Shown piece after piece: positions 1 to 8,642 of a stretch of DNA of 24,000 bases. Position 1 is the stretch's first letter; every line of letters begins with the position of its first letter. The translations under genes were made by a program, and so were the position numbers. The stretch comes from Rickettsiales bacterium. Lineage in GTDB: Bacteria; Pseudomonadota; Alphaproteobacteria; Rickettsiales; UBA3002. The DNA lies in the NCBI GenBank assembly GCA_002725445.1, contig PBPD01000069.1, positions 1 to 24,000 of the forward strand. Direction: 5' to 3'. A model generated the notes under the pieces. It saw only the letters and a list, made by a program, of their open reading frames with translations, did no database searches and had not been told where the DNA came from.

Positions 1-555
1 CATGCCGCTTTCATCCACGGTAAACACGCCCAGATTGGTGATTACCATATCGACCACGCCAGTGCCGGTCAGTGGCAGGTTGCATTCTTTGACCAGTTTG
101 GCGCTGCCATCTTTGGCATTATGATCCATGATCACGACAATCTTTTTCACGCCGGCTACCAAATCCATGGCACCACCCATGCCTTTGACCATTTTGCCGG
201 GCACCATCCAGTTCGCCAGATCGCCTTTTTCATCCACCTGCAGTGCGCCGAGGATGGTCAGGTCTATATGACCGCCACGGATCATTGCGAACGATTGCGC
301 GCTGTCAAAATAGACGCTATGCGGCAATTCCGAGATGGTTTGTTTGCCTGCATTGATCAAATCGGGGTCTTGTTCGCCCACATAAGGGAAGGGGCCCATG
401 CCGAGCATGCCATTTTCACTTTGCAGCGTAATGTCGATGCCTTCGGGAATGTGATTGGCCACCAGAGTGGGAATACCAATACCCAAATTCACATAAAAAC
501 CGTCGCGCAATTCTTTGGCTGCGCGTTCTGCCATGTCATCACGTGTCCAAGCCAT
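1..555 (-). CDS. scoB: 3-oxoacid (succinyl-CoA:3-ketoacid) CoA-transferase subunit B, 3' end cut by window edge
   Basis: Not in the ORF track because no stop lies in the window. The reverse frame is open from the ATG (rc of 553-555) to base 1. My translation starts MAWTRDDMAERAAKELRDGFYVNLGIGIPTLVANHIPEGIDITLQSENGMLGMGPFP...KGMGGAMDLV, typical of CoA-transferase B subunits. An AAGGAG Shine-Dalgarno (rc of 563-568) lies 7 nt upstream. The gene sits directly downstream of the A subunit. Confidence 0.85.
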   Translation of the reverse strand, partial: MAWTRDDMAERAAKELRDGFYVNLGIGIPTLVANHIPEGIDITLQSENGMLGMGPFPYVGEQDPDLINAGKQTISELPHSVYFDSAQSFAMIRGGHIDLTILGALQVDEKGDLANWMVPGKMVKGMGGAMDLVAGVKKIVVIMDHNAKDGSAKLVKECNLPLTGTGVVDMVITNLGVFTVDESGM

Positions 556-580
556 GCGTTTTCTCCTTTGCCTTTAGCCG

Positions 581-1291
581 TTAGGCTGCGCTGCGTTCGC
601 GCGTTGTCAGAATTTCAATGCGTTTTTCGTAATTGGACCCTTTGAAGATACGTTGTACGAACACGCCCGGGGTGTGGATTTCATCGGCGTCCAGCTCGGA
701 TGTATCCACCAGCTCTTCCACCTCGGCGATGGTGACCTTGCCAGCCATAGCCATCATTGGGTTGAAGTTGCGTGAGGTTTTGCGGAATACGAGGTTGCCG
801 TATTTGTCGCCTTTCCATGCCTTCACAATGGATATGTCTGCCGTCAGGCCTGTTTCCATCACATAGTTATCGCCGTTAAACTCGCGGGTTTCTTTGCCCT
901 CGGCTACGATTGTGCCATAGCCCGTGCGGGTGTAGAAAGCTGGGATGCCTGCACCGCCAGCGCGAATGCGCTCGGCCAGTGTGCCTTGAGGATTAAACTC
1001 AATTTCGATTTCGCCATTAATATATTGCTGCTCGAAGGTTTTATTCTCGCCTACGTAAGAGGAGATCATTTTCTTGATCTGACGGTCTTTCAACAACACG
1101 CCCAGACCGAAATCATCCACACCGCAATTGTTAGAGATGATCGTTAAACCCTTCACGCCCGATTCTTTGAGTATTTTGATACAATGTTCGGGAATGCCGC
1201 ACAGGCCAAACCCGCCTGACATAATGGTCATATCATCGTGAAGCAGCCCATCCAGAGCGCTGGAAGCATCGGCGAAAACTTTATTAACCAT
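581..1291 (-). CDS. scoA: 3-oxoacid CoA-transferase subunit A
   Basis: Track ORF 581..1345, trimmed to the internal ATG at 1291 (MVNKVFADASSAL...). The track start at 1345 is a TTG, and the 18 extra residues are not family-like. Family motifs present: SGGFGLCGIPE, SNNCGVDDFGLG, SSYVGENK, PQGTLAERIRAGGAGIPAFYT. An AGGGG-like RBS precedes 1291. Confidence 0.88.
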   Translation of the reverse strand: MVNKVFADASSALDGLLHDDMTIMSGGFGLCGIPEHCIKILKESGVKGLTIISNNCGVDDFGLGVLLKDRQIKKMISSYVGENKTFEQQYINGEIEIEFNPQGTLAERIRAGGAGIPAFYTRTGYGTIVAEGKETREFNGDNYVMETGLTADISIVKAWKGDKYGNLVFRKTSRNFNPMMAMAGKVTIAEVEELVDTSELDADEIHTPGVFVQRIFKGSNYEKRIEILTTRERSAA

Positions 1292-1483
1292 AATACCCCT
1301 CTGTGGTTTTGTGTTTGCCAGCATCATACACATTTGGGCTGCCAAGTCATCCTTAACTTATTTGAGCGAAGACTCAGAAAACCCATGCTTTTCTAGGAGA
1401 AATTTGCTATGTAAATGACGTTAAAATGAATTTTGGATAAATTTATCTAAAATTAAACCAAAATTTAACCTTTCGAGCGCATA

Positions 1484-2650
1484 ATGGTTAATAGAGCTGT
1501 TAAAGTAAGTAATAACACAGAACGGAAACCTGCCGTGAATATTACAAAAGACGATATCAATCAGTTAGTGCGCGAACCTTCATCCGTAATACGTGCGCAT
1601 ATTGCCACCAAAGTGTGCGATGGGTTCAATCATGGTAATTTTAGCGAGAGCGAGCATAATCTTGCATTAGAAATTTTCCGTTTGCTGCTGCGCGACACAG
1701 AGACGCGCGTGCGCAAAACGCTGGCCGAAGAGCTGAAACACAACATTAATGTGCCTAAAGATATTGCGTTGGCCATAGCAAATGACAAAAGTGATGTGGC
1801 CGTACCGTTTTTGCAGTTCAGCTATGTGCTGAGCGAAGACGAGTTGGTTGATATTATCCGCGCAACGAATGCGACACCGAAATTAAAAGCGATTGCCTCG
1901 CGCGAAACATTATCCGCGCACGTGTGCAGCGAATTGCTGGATTGCGGCTATGAAGACGTGACCCGCACCCTGATTCGCAATAACGGGGCGCAGCTCAGCC
2001 ATGAGAGCTATGAATATTTGCTGGAAGAATACTGCAATCACAACTCCATGCTGGAAGAGCTGGTGTATCGTGGCAATTTACCCGCCCAATTTGCAGAACA
2101 ATTGTTTGAGCTGGTGTCCGACCAGCTTCGCAAGCATCTGACCAAACGTTACCGTCTGGGACGTAAATTGGCGCGTGATGTTACATCGAGCGCGCGTGAA
2201 AGTGCGATGCTCCAATTCCTTTCGCATCAAATGAGCGATGCGGAGCTGGAAAAGCTGGTCAATAATATGCATAAGAATAAGCGTCTCACCTCGTCGGTTA
2301 TCATCCGCGCATTGTGTGAGGGCGATTTGCGCTTCTTTGAAGCGGCAATGGCGCGTATGGCCGACATTCCAGTGCAAAATGCACGTATTCTGATGTTGGA
2401 CCCGGGCGAGCTTGGCTTTTCCGCATTTTACGATTCCAGCGCCATGCCAGAAGCCTTCCGCGATGCAATGCGCGTGGTATTCCATATTGCGATCCGTGAA
2501 ACCAATTATGGCCAGAAACGCCCTGATGACTTCGCAGAGCGCGTGATTCAAAAAATAGTATCAGGCGGCTATGCCCAAAATGTAGAGCATATGCCGTATC
2601 TGATCTCGATTATAGGTAGAAGCCGTCATGAACACGCCACAATCCATTGA
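1484..2650 (+). CDS. DUF2336-like helical-repeat protein, paralog 1 (function unknown)
   Basis: 388-aa ORF with an ATG start. The pattern LRDTETRVRKTLAEELK...VPKDIALAIANDKSDVAVPFLQFSYVLSEDELVDII matches my memory of the alphaproteobacterial DUF2336 (PF10098) family of HEAT-like repeats. The family name needs an HMM check. The CDS itself is well supported by its length and by its paralogy to the next gene. Confidence 0.7.
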   Translation: MVNRAVKVSNNTERKPAVNITKDDINQLVREPSSVIRAHIATKVCDGFNHGNFSESEHNLALEIFRLLLRDTETRVRKTLAEELKHNINVPKDIALAIANDKSDVAVPFLQFSYVLSEDELVDIIRATNATPKLKAIASRETLSAHVCSELLDCGYEDVTRTLIRNNGAQLSHESYEYLLEEYCNHNSMLEELVYRGNLPAQFAEQLFELVSDQLRKHLTKRYRLGRKLARDVTSSARESAMLQFLSHQMSDAELEKLVNNMHKNKRLTSSVIIRALCEGDLRFFEAAMARMADIPVQNARILMLDPGELGFSAFYDSSAMPEAFRDAMRVVFHIAIRETNYGQKRPDDFAERVIQKIVSGGYAQNVEHMPYLISIIGRSRHEHATIH

Positions 2651-3794
2651 TAAGCAGGCGCAAGTAGCTACCGCGCTCGCTGCGTCGGAGGAAGAACGTT
2701 TCTTTCTGACACGCTCGGATGTGGAGCGTTTGCTGGAAGATGATTCGGCGGATTCACGCATTACCATTTTGGATAAAGTGAGCCATCATTACGATCATGG
2801 CAATTTTCAGCCGCAGGAATTTTTGCTGGCAGAGCAGATTTTCCGCACCCTAATGAAGGATACCGAGCTGCGGGTGCGCGAAACCTTGTCGGCTCGTCTA
2901 AAAGATAATCCGAATATCCCGCGGGATGTTATTTTGCATATGGCAAATGACGTGGAGCAGGTGGCGGTGCCTGTGCTTGAAAGCTCGCAGGTGCTGAGCG
3001 ATGCCGATTTGATTACCATCATCGAAACCAGTCGCGACATTGGTAAGTTGCAGGCGGTTACCCAGCGTGACCGTGTGTCAGAGCGTGTGTCGGATGCGCT
3101 GGTAGACACAAATTATCCGCAAGTGGTGCGCTCGTTGCTGCTCAACGAGTTCGCCAAAGTATCGCGTCAGGGCTATGACAAAATTCTCAAAGAATTTTCC
3201 AGCGATACCGCGATTAAAGAGGCGGTAGCAGAACGGCCGTCTTTGCCACCTGCGCTGGCTGAAAAGCTGGTGAGTATGGTGTCGGATAGCCTGTCTAAGA
3301 AGCTGCAGGAGAAATATAATCTTTCTGCAGAGACGCTGGCGGAAGAGGCGCAGTCAAGCCGTGAAGAAAATGTACTGGCAATTGCACAGAACACCAAAGA
3401 TCCCGCTGAATTAGCGTCGATGATTGAGCAAATGGTGGCCGCTAATCGACTCAGCCCGTCCATCATTATGACCTCGCTATGCCGTGGTAATCTGGCCTTT
3501 TTCGAAACGTCTCTGGCGAAGATGGCGCATATTCCGGTTGAAAACGCCAAGCGTCTGCTGGCCGACAAGGGTGAGCTTGGCTATCAGGGGCTATACAGCA
3601 AGACGGGATTGCCGGGCAGCATGTATGAGGCAATCAAGATCGTGCTTCACGTGGTGCAGGACATGCACAATGAAGGCAAAGAGCACGGCGATGGCCATTT
3701 CACCAACGAAATGGTGGAGCGCGTGCTGGCAACGGCTGGCAACCGAGAGGTTGAGAATCTTTCCTATATTATTGCCCTGATTCGCCAGGCGTAA
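2628..3794 (+). CDS. DUF2336-like helical-repeat protein, paralog 2 (function unknown)
   Basis: 388-aa ORF with an ATG at 2628 that overlaps the upstream paralog by 23 nt in another frame. It aligns with paralog 1 along its whole length (e.g. MKDTELRVRETLSARLK...IPRDVILHMANDVEQVAVPVLESSQVLSDADLITII). Confidence 0.7.
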   Translation: MNTPQSIDKQAQVATALAASEEERFFLTRSDVERLLEDDSADSRITILDKVSHHYDHGNFQPQEFLLAEQIFRTLMKDTELRVRETLSARLKDNPNIPRDVILHMANDVEQVAVPVLESSQVLSDADLITIIETSRDIGKLQAVTQRDRVSERVSDALVDTNYPQVVRSLLLNEFAKVSRQGYDKILKEFSSDTAIKEAVAERPSLPPALAEKLVSMVSDSLSKKLQEKYNLSAETLAEEAQSSREENVLAIAQNTKDPAELASMIEQMVAANRLSPSIIMTSLCRGNLAFFETSLAKMAHIPVENAKRLLADKGELGYQGLYSKTGLPGSMYEAIKIVLHVVQDMHNEGKEHGDGHFTNEMVERVLATAGNREVENLSYIIALIRQA

Positions 3795-3796
3795 AC

Positions 3797-4645
3797 TTAG
3801 CGGCGGTAGCGCCGTGCATTCCACAGTAACGTTGCTTTTTCCAGTGTCGATAAGGACAATTTACCCTTGCCGATAGTATGGCCGCCTTTGGCTTCTAGCT
3901 TTTGCAATAGTTTGGCGTACACATCGCGCATAAGCAGTGCAGGCGCCAGATGCAGACGGTCTTCGTCGGTGATAGCGGCTTCGGCCTCGGCGTAATATGC
4001 ATCGGCACGCTGGATCAACTGCTGACACACAGGGCGAAGTGCCTCACGTTCCTGTACAATCTGTTGCGGTGTTAGGGCTTTCAGGCCCGCTTTTTCCAGT
4101 AATTCATTGGGCAGATAGAGGCGCCCATCGGCGGCATCTTCTTCGATATCACGCAAAATATTGGTGAGCTGCATGGCATGCCCAAGGGCAATCGCAAAGC
4201 TTTCGCTTTTGCTGTGCGTGCATTGAAAAATGCGCGTAGAAAGCAAACCAACACAGCCAGCAACACGGTAACAATAGAGCGTCAAACGATCCAGCGAAGG
4301 GCGAAGCATACTGGCCTCGGTGTCCATTTCCAACCCTGCAACAATATCATCAAACAGCGAGCGCGGCAGGTCATAGCGTTGTATGGCGTGCTGTAATTCT
4401 GTGGCCAATGCGGTGTGCGTCTTGCCTTCATATACATCGTCAACGAATTGGCGCCACTCTGCCACTGCGCGTTCGGCGGCTTCTTTACTGGGCGCATTAT
4501 CCACTGCATCATCGGCGACGCGGCAGAAACTATAGAGCGCCATCATGGCGCGCCGGCGCTCTGGCGGCATCAGGCGGATGGGCCAGTAAAACGAGCTTCC
4601 TGCCTTGCTGGCGATATGATGTACAGTCTGTTGCGGTGCAGTCAT
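3797..4645 (-). CDS. hpnD: presqualene diphosphate synthase (squalene/phytoene synthase family, HpnD type)
   Basis: 282 aa. Motifs: SSFYWPIRLMPPERRRAMMALYSFCRVADDAVD, YCYRVAGCVGLL, QLTNILRDIEEDAADGRLYLP. Its ATG overlaps the hpnC stop (ATGA at 4642-4645). Confidence 0.85.
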   Translation of the reverse strand: MTAPQQTVHHIASKAGSSFYWPIRLMPPERRRAMMALYSFCRVADDAVDNAPSKEAAERAVAEWRQFVDDVYEGKTHTALATELQHAIQRYDLPRSLFDDIVAGLEMDTEASMLRPSLDRLTLYCYRVAGCVGLLSTRIFQCTHSKSESFAIALGHAMQLTNILRDIEEDAADGRLYLPNELLEKAGLKALTPQQIVQEREALRPVCQQLIQRADAYYAEAEAAITDEDRLHLAPALLMRDVYAKLLQKLEAKGGHTIGKGKLSLSTLEKATLLWNARRYRR

Positions 4646-5460
4646 GAGGGGTTACAGGCTTTCCAAAAGCAGCGCGCATAGTCCCATTTGCTAAGTTGCA
4701 CCCGCTGTTTTAGCGGGTCGCGCTTGTGCAATTTGTGGCGTAAGCGATGCGCGATGGCAAGAATAAAGCGTATTTCCAGCCGCAAACGACGCGAGCGAAG
4801 CGTAGGCGGTAGCTTCTCGGCCAAGCGCAGCCATTGGTCGCATTTATCCAGCATCTGGCGTTGCACCTTTCGCAACGCTTTGCTGCTTTTGCGTTTAGCA
4901 AGCGCGGTGTCCTGCACGCCTTGCTCGCCCATCCAGCGCTGCGGTATATAGACACGGTCCAGTTGCATGTAATCCTGCTTGCAGTCCTGCAAATGGTTGA
5001 GCACTTGCAGCACATAGCATAAATGATCGGCGGCCATCCCGTCGGCGGTTGTTTCGCCGCACGCATACAGCACCGCTTGACCGACAGGCGCGGCGGAATA
5101 CTGGCAATACAGCATCAGCTCTTCCCAGCTGTCATAGCGTTGTTTGACGGTATCCTGAATGAAAGCGCGCAGCAGCAAACGTCCATGCTGGGCATCCATT
5201 CGGCCGCTCTGGCACATCGCGCCATAGGCTTGCGCCCAGTCGGGCAGGGCGGCCCAGTCTTTCTTTTCAAGCATAGCGTCGAGCTGTTGCAGCTCCGCTT
5301 TGCGCTCGCTGGCCGGACGGGAAGCATCATCAGCGATGTTGTCAGCGCCACGTGCAAAATCGTAAAAGGCAAGGATAGGGGCACGTGCCGCGCGTGGCAA
5401 AAGCCATGAAGCTACAGGAAAATTTTCACTCTTGCGGGCGCTTTCATATTGTATCTGCAT
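4642..5460 (-). CDS. hpnC: hydroxysqualene synthase (squalene synthase HpnC type)
   Basis: 272 aa. Motifs: ENFPVASWLLP, FYDFARGADNIADD, YCQYSAAPVGQ, LNHLQDCKQDYMQLDRVYIP. It lies immediately upstream of and is coupled to hpnD, the usual hpnC-hpnD order. Confidence 0.85.
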   Translation of the reverse strand: MQIQYESARKSENFPVASWLLPRAARAPILAFYDFARGADNIADDASRPASERKAELQQLDAMLEKKDWAALPDWAQAYGAMCQSGRMDAQHGRLLLRAFIQDTVKQRYDSWEELMLYCQYSAAPVGQAVLYACGETTADGMAADHLCYVLQVLNHLQDCKQDYMQLDRVYIPQRWMGEQGVQDTALAKRKSSKALRKVQRQMLDKCDQWLRLAEKLPPTLRSRRLRLEIRFILAIAHRLRHKLHKRDPLKQRVQLSKWDYARCFWKACNPS

Positions 5461-5507
5461 GTGAGCATGCTACAAACAATACTGCATCGTGAACAAGAAT
5501 AATTCGT

Positions 5508-6287
5508 ATGGCGTATGAAACTCTAGCCTGTTTGGCAGACGAATCGCATCGCGCACAGGCCGCCCTCAAAGAGCTGGCAGAGCGTTATGATTTCGTGAAT
5601 CTGCGTAAAAAACGCTCCCGTCCTGACGCCATTGTAGTGCTTGGGGGCGATGGGTTTATGCTGCAAGTACTGCATAAATACATGCATCGTAACATTCCCA
5701 TCTATGGCATGAATTGCGGTACGGTTGGGTTTTTGCTCAACACCTATTCGCCGGATAATCTGATTGAGCGCATTCACGCGGCGCGCGAAGCCAGCCTGCA
5801 CCCTTTGTCGATGTATGCACGCACGGTCGATGGCCGCGAGCGTCAGGAGCTGGCAATTAACGAAGTGTCGATGTTCCGCGAATCACGGCAGGCGGCAAAA
5901 ATCCGCATTACGATTGACCATGTAGTACGGTTGGAAGAGCTAGTGTGTGATGGTATTTTGCTGTCGACGCCTGCTGGCTCAACGGCCTATAACTTCTCCG
6001 TTGGCGGGCCGATTGTTCCGCTTTCAGCGAATGTTGTCGCTCTGACGCCGATGGGTGCATTCCGCCCACGACGCTGGCGCGGGGCATTATTGCCGCACGA
6101 CGCCAGTGTGATTCTGGAGATTCTGGAGCCTGAGAAACGGCCCGTGAGCGCGGTGGCGGATTTTACCGAAATACGTGATGTAGTCAGCGTGTCGATCAGC
6201 GAAGATCGCAGCACTACCCTCTCATTACTGTTCGATCCGGAACATAATCTGGAAGAACGCATCATCAAAGAACAATTCGTATATTAA
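5508..6287 (+). CDS. nadK: NAD+ kinase
   Basis: 259 aa. Motifs: [10 protein letters not shown] (GGDG), NEVS, and [17 protein letters not shown]. Confidence 0.88.
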   Translation: MAYETLACLADESHRAQAALKELAERYDFVNLRKKRSRPDAIVVLGGDGFMLQVLHKYMHRNIPIYGMNCGTVGFLLNTYSPDNLIERIHAAREASLHPLSMYARTVDGRERQELAINEVSMFRESRQAAKIRITIDHVVRLEELVCDGILLSTPAGSTAYNFSVGGPIVPLSANVVALTPMGAFRPRRWRGALLPHDASVILEILEPEKRPVSAVADFTEIRDVVSVSISEDRSTTLSLLFDPEHNLEERIIKEQFVY

Positions 6288-6307
6288 CAACATCATCAAG
6301 GCACAGC

Positions 6308-7267
6308 ATGGCACGCACGCAAAACCTTTCTGCAATTCTTATGTTTATCACCGTATTGGCGGCAGGGTCGGTCCTGTTTGGCATCGTGCGGCATTTGTCT
6401 GAAGGCGGGTATCACGCGTTTCAGCTGTTTTTCTTTTATTGCGTGGTCGCGTTGGTGGCCATGCTGCCATGGGCCTACAAACACCGCGCAGAAGTATTCA
6501 AAAGCACCGGTAAAAAGCTTTATTGGGTGCGCGCATTGCTGGAGTTTCTGTCCTTCTCCTTATCGTTTTATGCGCTGAGTCTTATTCCACTGCCATCGCA
6601 TACTGCACTCAGCTTCATTACGCCGATTGTAGGTTCGGTGACCGCCGTTGTAATCCTGAAAGAAAAACCGACCCACCATACCTGGATCGGCCTGTTGCTG
6701 GGTATTATCGGTGTGTTTATTATTACGCGCCCCGGCTCTGGCCTGATTGATCCTATCGCGATTGTTATCATGTTGGTCTCAGCTACGGCTATGGCGCTTT
6801 GTGGGGTGTCAATCAAGCTGCTGACGCGCACCGAGTCTCCTACACGTGTTGCGTTCTTCATGCTGCTGTTAACCGCATTGGTGGCGCTGCCTTTTGCGGT
6901 TTCGGTGTGGAAGCCAATAGAGATGACACATGTGCCGTGGATTTTGGGTATTGGCCTGTGCGCCTTATGCCAGCAAGTGCTGATTGCTAAAGCGATTCAG
7001 CGTGTGCCACTAACTACCGTGATCCCGCTTAATTTCTTAAGCCTCGTATTCACCTCGATCATTGCGTATTTCTTCTTCAATGAGCTGGTCGATACGCCGA
7101 CTATCCTTGGCGCGGCCATTATTATTATGGCAACGTTCTACAGCACGTATGGCGCCACGCGTTACATCAACAAGGTGCGTAGTCGCGAGGAGAAAGCGGC
7201 CGCTGCGCGATTGGAAGCCGAAGAGGCTGCTGTTGAGGCCGAAAAACAACAGCAAGCAGAGGCTTAG
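6308..7267 (+). CDS. DMT (EamA-type) superfamily transporter, paralog 1, with an Ala/Glu-rich C-terminal tail
   Basis: 319 aa, about 10 hydrophobic segments and a two-halves EamA architecture. The tail is REEKAAAARLEAEEAAVEAEKQQQAEA. It shares TALSF..PI and LTRTESPT with the DMT gene at 17228-18124. Confidence 0.8.
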   Translation: MARTQNLSAILMFITVLAAGSVLFGIVRHLSEGGYHAFQLFFFYCVVALVAMLPWAYKHRAEVFKSTGKKLYWVRALLEFLSFSLSFYALSLIPLPSHTALSFITPIVGSVTAVVILKEKPTHHTWIGLLLGIIGVFIITRPGSGLIDPIAIVIMLVSATAMALCGVSIKLLTRTESPTRVAFFMLLLTALVALPFAVSVWKPIEMTHVPWILGIGLCALCQQVLIAKAIQRVPLTTVIPLNFLSLVFTSIIAYFFFNELVDTPTILGAAIIIMATFYSTYGATRYINKVRSREEKAAAARLEAEEAAVEAEKQQQAEA

Positions 7268-7352
7268 CCTCTCTCTTAGCGGCCTTTTTGCTTGGCTTCG
7301 CGTGCGTTGCTGTGCTACATAACGCCTTTACGCAACCTAAGAAAAGCCAACC

Positions 7353-8642
7353 ATGAAGATACTGTTTATCCATCCAAACATGCCTGGGCAGTATAAGCAT
7401 TTATGCCGCCAGTTTGCTGAAGACCCTAACAATCAGGTCGTGTTTCTGACACGTTCGAACAATGTAGAGATTCCTAACGTAAAGCGCGTATTCTATCAGC
7501 CGCGCCGTACTCCTTCACCCCACACGCACCGCTATATTGTGGGTACTGAGCGTGCGGTATTGCAAGGGCAGGAAGTGTGGCGTGTATGCAAAAAGCTGCG
7601 TAACGAAGAAGGTTTCATCCCCGATGTCATCTGCGCGCATCCGGGTTGGGGCGACGCATTGTATGTAAAGGATATTTATCCTGAGGCGAGCCTATTGAGC
7701 TTTTTGGAGTTCTACTACAAAGCCAAAGGGCAGGATGTGAATTTTGATCCGGAAGATCCGGGTCGTCCTGATGATGATGCGCGCGTGCGCACCAAGAATC
7801 TGGTGAATATGATGAATCTGGAAGCCATGGATTGGGGCATTAGCCCTACTCATTGGCAACGCAGTGTGCATCCGAGTGTGTATCAACCGCAAATTTCGGT
7901 TTTGCATGATGGTATCGACACGCAGCATGCCGCCAAGCCTGATGCAGACGCGGTGTTTGAGGTGAGTGATAGCCTGAAGTTCAAAAAAGGCGATGAGGTG
8001 GTAACCTATATTGCCCGCAATCTCGAGCCGTATCGTGGCTTTCCTACCTTTATGCGTGCCGCAGAGAAGATTCTGCGTGACCGCCCGAATTGCCACATCG
8101 TGGCCGTGGGTGCGGATGGGGTGAGCTATGGTAAGCAGCCACCAAAAGGCACGACTTATCGTCAGATTATGCTGAATCAGGTGAATCTTGACCATGATCG
8201 ACTGCATTTTGTGGGTACGCTGCCTTATCAGAAACTGATCAAAATGCTGCAGGTGAGTGCGGCGCATATCTATCTGACCTATCCATTTGTGCTTTCGTGG
8301 TCGACGCTGGAAGCCATGGCGTGTGGATGCGCGCTGATCGGCTCTAAAACACAGCCGGTGGAAGAAGTGATCACCCACGGTGAGAATGGGTTGCTGGTAG
8401 ATTTCTTCTCGCCGGATGATGTGGCACAAAAAGTCTTCCAGGTGCTGGATGATGCCTCTGGCATGGCAGAGATGCGCGAGAAAGCACGCCAGTATGTAGT
8501 AGCTCGTTATGAGCTGGAGAAATTGCTACCACTGCATATGCAGTTGGTGCGTGACGTGGCAGAGAAGAAATTCCCGCCACCGGTGCATAAGGAAATTGAG
8601 GCGCTTTACAGCGAAGAGGAGATAAAACGATGGGCAGCGTAA
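7353..8642 (+). CDS. glycosyltransferase, GT-B fold, family 4 ('group 1')
   Basis: 429 aa. N-terminus MKILFIHPNMPGQYKHL. C-terminal retaining-GT4 region VGTLPYQKLIKMLQVSAAHIYLTYPFVLSWSTLEAMACGCALIGSKTQPVEEVITHGENGLLVDF (EX7E-like). The sugar and acceptor are unknown. Confidence 0.8.
   Translation: MKILFIHPNMPGQYKHLCRQFAEDPNNQVVFLTRSNNVEIPNVKRVFYQPRRTPSPHTHRYIVGTERAVLQGQEVWRVCKKLRNEEGFIPDVICAHPGWGDALYVKDIYPEASLLSFLEFYYKAKGQDVNFDPEDPGRPDDDARVRTKNLVNMMNLEAMDWGISPTHWQRSVHPSVYQPQISVLHDGIDTQHAAKPDADAVFEVSDSLKFKKGDEVVTYIARNLEPYRGFPTFMRAAEKILRDRPNCHIVAVGADGVSYGKQPPKGTTYRQIMLNQVNLDHDRLHFVGTLPYQKLIKMLQVSAAHIYLTYPFVLSWSTLEAMACGCALIGSKTQPVEEVITHGENGLLVDFFSPDDVAQKVFQVLDDASGMAEMREKARQYVVARYELEKLLPLHMQLVRDVAEKKFPPPVHKEIEALYSEEEIKRWAA

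Noticed and set aside
7258-7272. A hairpin AGAGGC-tta-GCCTCT spanning the DMT paralog 1 stop codon, considered as a terminator.
   Set aside because: It has only a 6-bp stem with a 3-nt loop, and the nearest T-run (ctttttg) lies more than 10 nt downstream. This is too weak to call.
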